Shown piece after piece: positions 7,791-14,301 of a stretch of DNA of 36,975 nucleotides; positions within the stretch are counted from its first letter, which is position 1, and the number at the start of each line of letters is the position of its first letter. The notes below the pieces were generated by a model, which was not told the DNA's origin, searched no databases, and saw nothing but the letters and a program-made list of their open reading frames with translations. Source of the stretch: a virus (taxonomy: Duplodnaviria > Caudoviricetes); IMG/VR virus record IMGVR_UViG_3300009506_000107, positions 1 through 36,975 of that record; one strand, given 5' to 3'. Made by a program: the position numbers and the translations under genes.

Positions 7791-10109
7791 ATGAGACGCG
7801 GACATATCAAGCTGGATGGTGAGTGGTATATGCTCTGGACGGATGAGGATGGGCGTATCAGCCAGGGCAATACGGCGCGGATTACTGGACCGTGGGCGGC
7901 GCAAATGTCTCAGGGTCCGCGGGAGTATCATGATCTAACTGAGGAGTCCGTGCATGTGTGGCATGATGTGTTACAGGGGATAGGGTTTTTCAAGTCTACG
8001 GAGGAGAATACTCTGCGGCGGGCGTGGGCTGATACGCGGAGTGGGGATGTGGTGTTGGGACCGCAGGCGCATGGGTCGGTAGGGTATACTTTGGCCTATC
8101 TTCCGGAGCCGGGGCGTCCGGTGGTGGGAGGTGCGCAGCTCGGGCAGGGATATGGGACGGTTGGGGCGAAAGCAGGGGGAGTGCTAGCGGCAACGGCGGA
8201 TATTGAGTCTGTGCAGGTATTGGTGCGGCGGGTGCCTACGGCGGACTATTGGGATAGTGAGCCGGTGTCTGTGGAGTTAGCCTCTGGTTCAGTGTCGTTG
8301 GCGGCGGAGATCGATATGTTGAAGGATTTGCCAAGGGCGGGGGAGTGGCGTTGGGTTACGGCGCGGGCTGCGTCGTATGAGCGGTTTGGTGCGGGTGACG
8401 TGACGTTGACGTTGACTAATGCGTCGGGTGAGTTGTTGGAGTGGGCGGCGAACTATGAGGGGTCGTTGATGCCGTATTATCGGATGCGGGAGTGGGATGA
8501 TGTGGATGGGACTCCGGTAGGATTTATGGAGTTCAAGGGAGCTGATAGGCAGCGGCGGTTGTATGTGGGGGTCAATCATAAGGTGATGTATTGGGGGCGG
8601 GCGGGGGAAAAGTGGAATGTGGCTCGGCGGTTCCCTGCGGATGTAAAGCAAATGGCGGTATTTGGGGCGTCTACGGGTGCGGCGGCGCAGCTCTTTGTGG
8701 CGTTGAGTGCAAGTCAAGGGATCTGGACGTTTACCGGTGGGAGTGTGTATGGGGTATGGGTGGAGCAAAGTGCGATGGGGCAGGCGTTGGCGGTGCATGA
8801 TGGGATGTTGTGGCGGGCGCAGGGGGCGGAGGTGTGTGGTTCTCGGACTGGATTCGGGGGGTCGTATGGGAATAAGGCGCCGGTAGGGTATGGTGGGATG
8901 CCGGTTCTTGATATGGTGTCTCAGGATGGGCAATTGTTTGTGCGGACGGAGGAGGGTATTTATGCGGTGACGTATCCGGATGAGTACCCTACAACGGGGA
9001 CTCCCATAGCGACGCGGGTGGTTAATCTTGAGTTGGATAGGGCGCCGCATGATGCGCCTATGTTGGTTCCCTATGGGGCGGGTGTTTTGTTTCCTACGTC
9101 CTATGATGTGCAGCGATATGAGGCTGGGTTAATCACAAACATCTCGGCGGGTCGGGGGCAGGCGTTGACGGAGGAGGATGCGTTGCAGTATTGGGCGTTA
9201 GCGCCCACAAGTCGGGGGGTGTTTGCTGCGGTGCAGGGTCCGGGGCATGGGTACAGTGGGCTAATGTTGTATCAGGAGCCGGCGGATGGGCCGGCGGGGT
9301 GGCATTATCTGTACCGTAATCCTATGCCGCGGGAGGAGACGCAGGCTATTTATCTGACGTTGGATGATTTTGATTCGGATGTGGCGCGGCTGTGGTTTGG
9401 GGCGGGGGCAGGGGTGCAGTATGTACGTCTGCCGCAGTGGACTAGGCGGCGGTATCTGTGGAGTGGAGCGGATTATGAGCGGAGCGGGGTGGTGGAGTAT
9501 CCTGCATTTGATGCGAACAAAGCGGCGTTGGTGAAGGACTGGCGGAGGGTCAATGTTCGTGCGGTCAACGCAGCAGCGACGGCGCCGATTACGTTGTTTT
9601 GGACGTTGGCGGATGAGGGAATAGAGTATTTTCGTCCGGGTGCTGGGTATCCTATGGCAACGGTGGGGACTTGGGCAACGTTGGGGCAGGTGACGGAGAG
9701 CGGTATAACGCAGTTCACGTTCCCTGCGGATTCGTATGGCTATAAGGTTCTAGTGCGGGCGGAGCTAGAGACGCAGGATCCGGGGTATACGCCGCGTGTT
9801 GAGGCTGTGGAGCTGTGGTATCAAGATATTGTTCCTCCTTTGCGGGCGTTTCGCGTGGTCCTGGCTCTGCAACGTGGGGCGGGTATGCTGGATGGTGGGC
9901 CTATGATGCGGACGGTGGCGGAGCAGTGGAGTGCGTTGTGTGATTTGGCGGATGAGCCGGAGGGTTTTGAGTTTGAGGATGAGTTGGGGGAGGCTTACAC
10001 CGTCCGGCTTACTCAACTTATGCGGACAAGTTATCGGTTTGGTGAGCGGACGGATGATGCGTTGGAGCCGGAGTATCTAGCGTATGTGGAGATGCTTAGA
10101 ATTGACTAA
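7791..10109 (+). CDS. Putative tail nozzle/head-closure beta-propeller protein (772 aa)
   Basis: Repeated short beta-strand blades (LYVGV, LFVAL, LWRAQG, LFVRTEEGIY, LWFG). Size and position after the adaptors resemble P22 gp10/T7 gp12. No tape-measure or tail-tube genes are present. Confidence 0.55.
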   Translation: MRRGHIKLDGEWYMLWTDEDGRISQGNTARITGPWAAQMSQGPREYHDLTEESVHVWHDVLQGIGFFKSTEENTLRRAWADTRSGDVVLGPQAHGSVGYTLAYLPEPGRPVVGGAQLGQGYGTVGAKAGGVLAATADIESVQVLVRRVPTADYWDSEPVSVELASGSVSLAAEIDMLKDLPRAGEWRWVTARAASYERFGAGDVTLTLTNASGELLEWAANYEGSLMPYYRMREWDDVDGTPVGFMEFKGADRQRRLYVGVNHKVMYWGRAGEKWNVARRFPADVKQMAVFGASTGAAAQLFVALSASQGIWTFTGGSVYGVWVEQSAMGQALAVHDGMLWRAQGAEVCGSRTGFGGSYGNKAPVGYGGMPVLDMVSQDGQLFVRTEEGIYAVTYPDEYPTTGTPIATRVVNLELDRAPHDAPMLVPYGAGVLFPTSYDVQRYEAGLITNISAGRGQALTEEDALQYWALAPTSRGVFAAVQGPGHGYSGLMLYQEPADGPAGWHYLYRNPMPREETQAIYLTLDDFDSDVARLWFGAGAGVQYVRLPQWTRRRYLWSGADYERSGVVEYPAFDANKAALVKDWRRVNVRAVNAAATAPITLFWTLADEGIEYFRPGAGYPMATVGTWATLGQVTESGITQFTFPADSYGYKVLVRAELETQDPGYTPRVEAVELWYQDIVPPLRAFRVVLALQRGAGMLDGGPMMRTVAEQWSALCDLADEPEGFEFEDELGEAYTVRLTQLMRTSYRFGERTDDALEPEYLAYVEMLRID

Positions 10110-10116
10110 GCGGAGG

Positions 10117-10635
10117 ATGCAGGGCGCAGGGTCCGGTGTGGGTGGTGTGGCGGGTCTGCGGGAGCGGTTGAAGGACAAGCGGGCGGCGGAGCGGCGGCGG
10201 AGCCGGGATGCAGCTCGGGGGAGTGTGGCAAAGCGTCCGATGTGGAGGCGGGGGCCGGGGCGCAGGTTGGCGCCGGATCCGTTGGCGGAGTTGGCGTTGC
10301 AGGGGTATGGTTCTCTGCCGGAGAAGGTATTGGATAACTGGTTGCGCCGGCGGGGGTATTCGTATGTGCGGGAGGTGCCGGAGCTGGGTGGGTTTACGGT
10401 TGGTGGGGCGATTCTGGATTTTGTGGTATACGGGTTAGGGACGGCGCCTATTGTTCTTCGGATTAATGGCCGGTATATTCATCGCAACCGGCAGCTAATG
10501 GATGAGCACCAACGGGTGCGGTTGCGCATGCGGGGGTATCATGTGGTTGACTTGTGGGATGATGAGTTGATGGCGGCAGCGGATGCGGACAGGTTGGGCC
10601 GGTATGTGCTGGGTGAGATTCAGGCGCAGGGGTAA
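10117..10635 (+). CDS. DUF559/Vsr-like PD-(D/E)XK-fold protein with an Arg-rich N-terminus
   Basis: SLPEKVL..WL...G....REV, LDFVV, NGRYIH, D..QR..L...GYHVV.LW. The start is uncertain (10084-10117). Confidence 0.7.
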   Translation: MQGAGSGVGGVAGLRERLKDKRAAERRRSRDAARGSVAKRPMWRRGPGRRLAPDPLAELALQGYGSLPEKVLDNWLRRRGYSYVREVPELGGFTVGGAILDFVVYGLGTAPIVLRINGRYIHRNRQLMDEHQRVRLRMRGYHVVDLWDDELMAAADADRLGRYVLGEIQAQG

Positions 10636-10708
10636 AAGGATGAACGCCGGCGATTCGTCGCCGGCGTTCGATTGGGCGGCGGGATCGCATCTCTGCGATC
10701 CGGCGGGT
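10634..10708 (-). ncRNA. Candidate ~75-nt two-hairpin small RNA
   Basis: It lies directly behind a perfect minus-strand promoter. It has an 8-bp stem with a GAGA (GNRA) loop (10682-10701) and a 12-bp perfect stem (10642-10669) followed by AUCCUUUU. No credible ORF is present. Confidence 0.65.
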
Positions 10709-10714
10709 ATCAAT

Positions 10715-10743
10715 ATTATAGCGTATGTTGGCGGGTGTGTCAA
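10715..10743 (-). promoter_or_regulatory. Leftward consensus sigma70/sigmaA promoter
   Basis: The minus strand reads TTGACA (10743-10738), 17 nt, TATAAT (10720-10715). Confidence 0.9.
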
Positions 10744-10761
10744 GTGGGGCGGGGATTCTAC

Positions 10762-10790
10762 TTGACAGGGTTTGTAAAGTATGATATAAT
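10762..10790 (+). promoter_or_regulatory. Rightward consensus sigma70/sigmaA early promoter with extended -10
   Basis: TTGACA 10762-10767, 17-nt spacer, TG-n-TATAAT (TATAAT at 10785-10790), then SD ggaggtg and ATG 10816. Confidence 0.92.
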
Positions 10791-10815
10791 TCTTGGGCAG
10801 GAGGGAGGTGGGTGA

Positions 10816-11013
10816 ATGGTGGAGGATGTTTCGTTTCGGTTTCCCCGTTGGGTTAATGTGCCGTTGGATGCTGCGGATTCTGCTCGGTTTGATGCTGTGC
10901 GCAGCTATTACGGTATCAAGGCAGCGACGGAAGTTGTACGTCTTTTGATTCGTCAAGAGGCGCGGAAGCTGAACCTGCCGGAGACTCGGGCGCAGGTATC
11001 GGAGCCGAATTAG
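10816..11013 (+). CDS. Ribbon-helix-helix (CopG/Arc-like) transcriptional regulator (65 aa)
   Basis: Alternating strand WVNVPL, a helix, a G turn, then ATEVVRLLIRQ. It is the first gene after the early promoter. Confidence 0.65.
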   Translation: MVEDVSFRFPRWVNVPLDAADSARFDAVRSYYGIKAATEVVRLLIRQEARKLNLPETRAQVSEPN

Positions 11014-11023
11014 GATCGGGCGG

Positions 11024-11437
11024 ATGGTGGCGATTACTGTTACCGTGGCGATTGGTATTATGCTGCGGTATGATCCGGGTGTGATGGAGGATGTGGTGCG
11101 CAGGCGGGAAGCGATGGGGCAGATTACGGTGACGGCGCCGTTGACGGCGTATGTTGCGGTAGTGGATTGTCAGTTATTGGGGGAGCCGGTGTGGGTCGTG
11201 TGGCCGGATGGCCGGCGAACGATGCACGTTGTTGGGGACTGTTCTCGGCGGGAGGATAGGGCGTTGCATCAGTCTGAGGGATTGGCGGTGGAGGTGAGTT
11301 ATGATGTAGCGGTGCGGTATTCGTTGCAGCAGGGAGGTTGGTTGCTCCCGTTGGATGGTCCGTTGGGGGAGGTGCGCGTGGTGCAGGAGATTCTTGCGCC
11401 GTTGCGTTCTCCCCGGCGGGCCTTTTTGTATTTGTGA
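11024..11437 (+). CDS. Membrane-anchored RlpA/3D-like double-psi beta-barrel protein (137 aa)
   Basis: Hydrophobic N-terminus, then Y.PG, YVAV.DC..LG..VWV, VVGDC and AVEVSYDVA, which fit the DPBB strand pattern. Confidence 0.5.
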   Translation: MVAITVTVAIGIMLRYDPGVMEDVVRRREAMGQITVTAPLTAYVAVVDCQLLGEPVWVVWPDGRRTMHVVGDCSRREDRALHQSEGLAVEVSYDVAVRYSLQQGGWLLPLDGPLGEVRVVQEILAPLRSPRRAFLYL

Positions 11438-11450
11438 AGGGAGGCGGGCG

Positions 11451-11639
11451 GTGATGGGCGGATTGGTGGATACTCCGATAGGTGGGGAGCCGGGGACCGC
11501 AGGCGGGGATGCTGGGTGCGGGTGGGTGCCGTTTATCCTCACGTTGGCGGTTGCGATTTTCTTGATAGGGTTGGCGTTGGCAGGTGGAAGTGAGGCGCCG
11601 CCTGATGGGGGGGTGATTGTGCCGTGTCTGTTCTTTTGA
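11451..11639 (+). CDS. Small single-pass membrane protein (~62 aa)
   Basis: SD ggagg at 11440 before GTG/ATG. Transmembrane segment VPFILTLAVAIFLIGLALA. Confidence 0.55.
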   Translation: MMGGLVDTPIGGEPGTAGGDAGCGWVPFILTLAVAIFLIGLALAGGSEAPPDGGVIVPCLFF

Positions 11640-11920
11640 GATGGGCCTTTCCTGTGGCGGTGGTCCTGGCTCTGGTTGTGGTGCTGCTTCGGTGGCGCCG
11701 GCGGTGGAGCTGGGCGATGCGGCGGATGGAGCATGTGGAAGCGGAGCGGGCTGCGTGGGTGCAGATTGCGGCGGATAGCGCAGCAGCAGCGGAGATATTT
11801 CGGGAGTTGGAGGATGTGGGGCGCAAGATTGCGCAGCAGGCAGCGGATGAGTCTGTGCCTGTGATGGATGTATGGGAGATTGGTCCGCTGCGGTATTGGG
11901 TTGTGGCTCATAGGAACTAA
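11624..11920 (+). CDS. N-terminally anchored membrane protein (98 aa)
   Basis: Transmembrane segment WAFPVAVVLALVVVLL followed by RWRRRW. Confidence 0.6.
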   Translation: MSVLLRWAFPVAVVLALVVVLLRWRRRWSWAMRRMEHVEAERAAWVQIAADSAAAAEIFRELEDVGRKIAQQAADESVPVMDVWEIGPLRYWVVAHRN

Positions 11921-11944
11921 CATATCAAAAGGGGAGGTGTTACG

Positions 11945-12688
11945 GTGGGAACGGAGCAGGCTAAGTTGTTTGAGGAGGCTGCGGAAGGTGCGGCAAAGTT
12001 CAACTTTGTGCGTGGGTTTGAGGAGAAGTATGAGCAGGGCGTGGTGAACCTGCCGGCGGAGCCTACGCAAGCGCAGGTAACGGCGTTTCAGAAGGCGTGT
12101 GCTAAGGCAGCGTTTCAGCGGGCGGGGAAGTGGGCGGAGTATCAGAAGTGGGCGCAAATGGGGGAGCCGATTAGTGGCCGGGATAGGGACGTGCTGTATC
12201 CTACTATGCGCTCGTTTGTGGGACTCTTGGGCGCGTTGTGTAAAAAGTACATCGTGCCTTTGCGGAGGCCGGATCCGGGTGTGGAGGTGGTGTTGGGTGC
12301 GCAGCGGATGCCTGTGAAGGAACGTGTAAAGCGCATCATTCGGAAGTATGGTCGTACGCCGGCGGAGCGGGCGTATTTTGCGGACGTGTTGGGTTGTAGG
12401 CCAAAGAACCTCTATCATCCCTATAAGGAGATGGAGTTGGAGGGGTGGAGTTGTGCTAAGGCGGCTAATGGGTGGTTGGAGTGGACTCCTCCACCTGAGC
12501 CGGAGCCTGAGCCGGAGCCTGAGCCGGAGCCTGAGCCGGACTTGTGGCCGGAGGATGTGGGTGATATGGCGGCTGCGGCGGCGTATATGCAGGCGGCAAC
12601 GGCGGATGAGTTGGAGGAGTTGGCTAAGGCGAAAGAGATGCGCGTGTTTGCGGCTGTGAAGCGGCGGGCAGAGGAGGGGCGGTTGTGA
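11945..12688 (+). CDS. Hypothetical protein with a possible HTH and a (Glu-Pro)n linker (247 aa)
   Basis: SD ggaggtg. RAYFADVLGCRPKNLY is HTH-like and is followed by PEPEPEPEPEPEPEP. Confidence 0.7.
   Translation: MGTEQAKLFEEAAEGAAKFNFVRGFEEKYEQGVVNLPAEPTQAQVTAFQKACAKAAFQRAGKWAEYQKWAQMGEPISGRDRDVLYPTMRSFVGLLGALCKKYIVPLRRPDPGVEVVLGAQRMPVKERVKRIIRKYGRTPAERAYFADVLGCRPKNLYHPYKEMELEGWSCAKAANGWLEWTPPPEPEPEPEPEPEPEPDLWPEDVGDMAAAAAYMQAATADELEELAKAKEMRVFAAVKRRAEEGRL
12494..12540 (+). repeat. 12-nt coding tandem repeat (CCTGAGCCGGAG) x ~4
   Basis: Direct reading; it encodes (PE)n. Confidence 0.9.
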
Positions 12689-12762
12689 GGCGGTTTTGGT
12701 TCGGTTGGGTTGTCTTGGTGTTGATAGTCCTGGTGATGTGCTGTTGGGGTTGTGCGGTATAG
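12685..12762 (+). CDS. 25-aa hydrophobic, Cys-tailed peptide MRRFWFGWVVLVLIVLVMCCWGCAV (absent from the ORF track)
   Basis: GTGA start/stop overlap with the upstream gene, SD gaggagggg at 12671-12679, TAG at 12760-12762. Confidence 0.55.
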   Translation: MRRFWFGWVVLVLIVLVMCCWGCAV

Positions 12763-12764
12763 GG

Positions 12765-12904
12765 TGTTGGCTCATAGGATGGGAGGTGTGGCCTGGACAT
12801 TCTGCATATCGTGGCGGATCCCATAGTAGACCAACAGCGGAGGAGCGTTCGTGGTGGGCGCTCGAGCGCTCTTTCGCATAATCATCCCCTGTTTGCAGGG
12901 GTTA
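12765..12904 (+). ncRNA. Candidate structured RNA element of three consecutive stem-loops
   Basis: TGTTGG/CCAACA plus ATGGGA/TCCCAT (12765-12836), a 15-bp stem 12837-12851/12863-12877, and CCCCTG-TTTG-CAGGGG (12886-12901). Wobbles are G-U on the + strand. Confidence 0.5.
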
Positions 12905-12955
12905 GAGGTTTTCTTGGATGGATAAAATGAAAGTTGATGATTGTGGAGGTGATTT

Positions 12956-13234
12956 GTGAATGAGGCGGCGGTGGATGCGTTGGCGTTGCAGCGGGTGCGG
13001 GTGCCGGCGGCGGGAGATTTGGAGCGGGTGTTGCGGGGTATGCGGGTGGATATGGGATTGGATGAGGGGTGGAATTTCACGGTTGAGGGGCGGGAGTTGG
13101 TGGTGACTATGACGCCGGCGTTAGATGCTCGGCTTGAGGTGTTGATGCGGGATCTTGGGCGCCTACGGTGGGGGTATGAGCCGGGGCGGATGGTGCAAAT
13201 GGTCCTGCCGGGGGTGGTGGAGCCGTGGAAGTGA
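12956..13234 (+). CDS. Hypothetical protein (92 aa)
   Basis: SD ggaggtga before GTG and typical codon usage. Confidence 0.65.
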   Translation: MNEAAVDALALQRVRVPAAGDLERVLRGMRVDMGLDEGWNFTVEGRELVVTMTPALDARLEVLMRDLGRLRWGYEPGRMVQMVLPGVVEPWK

Positions 13235-13446
13235 AGGCGGTAACGGAGCAGGGGTTTTCTTGTTGGCGGGATAGGATGCCCGCGGAGGAGCTGCCGTTGA
13301 CGTGGGATGGGAGTACAATCTGGTGCGATGGCTGCGATGATGGGCAGCGTTGCGGCAAGAGTACGGTGATTGGATGGCCGTCCGGTATTCATCCGGTGGT
13401 CGACGTAAGGACGGGGCAGGTTATGATGGAGGTGGGCGGTGACTAG
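13231..13446 (+). CDS. Small Cys-containing, possible zinc-binding protein (~71 aa)
   Basis: GTGA overlap with the upstream stop. Four cysteines: C...CDGC.....C. Confidence 0.55.
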   Translation: MKAVTEQGFSCWRDRMPAEELPLTWDGSTIWCDGCDDGQRCGKSTVIGWPSGIHPVVDVRTGQVMMEVGGD

Positions 13447-13466
13447 GGAGCTGCGGGAGGTGCGCT

Positions 13467-14180
13467 ATGCCGTTGCGTGATCCTCCTCTTGGTGTGTGGT
13501 TGGAGCCTTGGTTGATTTACGACATAGACGATCTTGAGCGGGAGACGTATCGGGCGTTGTTGCAGTTGGTCGGCTGGATGTGGGTAACGAAAAAGACGGG
13601 CGGGCCTTTGCGGACAACGGTTGCGGAGTTGGCGCAGCGGTGGGGTATCGGGGAGCGGGCGGTGTATTCTCGGTTGGCGGCGTATCGGGAGCGGGGTTAT
13701 ATCGAGTTGGAGGTGCGGCAGGGTAGGGTGACGGTGCGGCTGGGTAGTGCGGACACAAACAAGCAAACAAACAAACAAACAAACAGCGGTGAAGGTAGGG
13801 ATCATGTGGATATGTGGTCGGATTTGCCTGGTGAACGCAGGGATCATAGTGCAGGCGTAGACCGGCGCAATATTAGTGGTAGTGGTAGTTCTAGTTCTAA
13901 TCCCGATCCTGAGCTACTACACCAAACACCTATTAATGCAGCGGTGCAAGGGAAACTGACATTCTTGGGCGTTCGTCCTGCGGCAGCGATGCAGTTAGCG
14001 GCGGATGAGTGGGTGACTATGGAGCGGGTCTTGCGTTGGGAGGCTGCGTTGCGGGCGGATGAGTCGGTGCGGAGTGTGCCGGCGGTGTTGTTTACGAATC
14101 TTAGAGACCATTGGGAGCCTCCGTTGACGGAGAGTGAGTTGCGCCGGCAGCAGTATGCGGAGCTGGGTGTGCTGACGTAG
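13467..14180 (+). CDS. Phage replication initiator-like protein (N-terminal winged HTH, repeat-rich linker, helical C-terminus; 237 aa)
   Basis: TVAELAQRWGIGERAVYSRLAAYRERGYIE is a wHTH. The central low-complexity linker is encoded by DNA repeats, as in lambda O/DnaD-type initiators. Confidence 0.65.
   Translation: MPLRDPPLGVWLEPWLIYDIDDLERETYRALLQLVGWMWVTKKTGGPLRTTVAELAQRWGIGERAVYSRLAAYRERGYIELEVRQGRVTVRLGSADTNKQTNKQTNSGEGRDHVDMWSDLPGERRDHSAGVDRRNISGSGSSSSNPDPELLHQTPINAAVQGKLTFLGVRPAAAMQLAADEWVTMERVLRWEAALRADESVRSVPAVLFTNLRDHWEPPLTESELRRQQYAELGVLT
13756..13935 (+). promoter_or_regulatory. Putative replication origin within the initiator gene
   Basis: (CAAA)~7 at 13756-13785, two GGTGAAnnnAGGGATCAT copies at 13788 and 13830 (42-bp period), (TAGTGG)2(TAGTTC)2 and an A/C-rich tract that reverses the genome skew. 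Confidence 0.55.
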
Positions 14181-14199
14181 GGAGGGCAAGTGGGGGGTA

Positions 14200-14228
14200 T
14201 TGACTTGGCCTCCGGGTCGTGGTATAAT
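14200..14228 (+). promoter_or_regulatory. Near-consensus sigma70/sigmaA promoter heading the late operon
   Basis: TTGACT 14200-14205, 17-nt spacer, TG-n-TATAAT (TATAAT at 14223-14228). Confidence 0.88.
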
Positions 14229-14235
14229 GGGGCGG

Positions 14236-14286
14236 AAAAGGGCGGCGGACTCTCCTCCGGGCGGGTCCAGCTCTTTTTCTTTTCTT
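14236..14286 (+). terminator. Intrinsic terminator/attenuator immediately downstream of the late promoter
   Basis: The stem AAAAGGGC..GGACUC.CC / GG.GGGUCC.GCUCUUUU is capped by a c(UCCG)g tetraloop at 14255-14260 and followed by UUUUUCUUUUCUU. Confidence 0.8.
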
Positions 14287-14301
14287 GTGGGGGTACAGAT
14301 T

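Noticed and set aside
10642-10701. N4-type virion RNA polymerase hairpin promoters
   Set aside because: The giant protein shows no single-subunit RNA polymerase motifs, the loops are 4 nt, and consensus host sigma70 promoters are adjacent.
10583-10765. 60-aa + strand ORF across the hairpins, and the 14200 TTG start given in the ORF track
   Set aside because: Both overlay promoter and hairpin elements, have atypical composition and are better explained as regulatory DNA.
11396-11432. Possible intrinsic terminator at the end of the DPBB gene (ccccggcgggcctttttgt)
   Set aside because: The U tract is present, but only a 3-5 bp stem can be drawn and it lies within the ORF; too weak to call.
11174-12775. 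Long minus-strand ORFs (for example 533 aa here, 387 aa at 4637-5800, 308 aa at 25136-26062)
   Set aside because: They are Pro/His/Arg-rich shadows of the G/T-rich coding strand, which depletes minus-strand stops. They have no SD or domain motifs and fully overlap good + strand genes.
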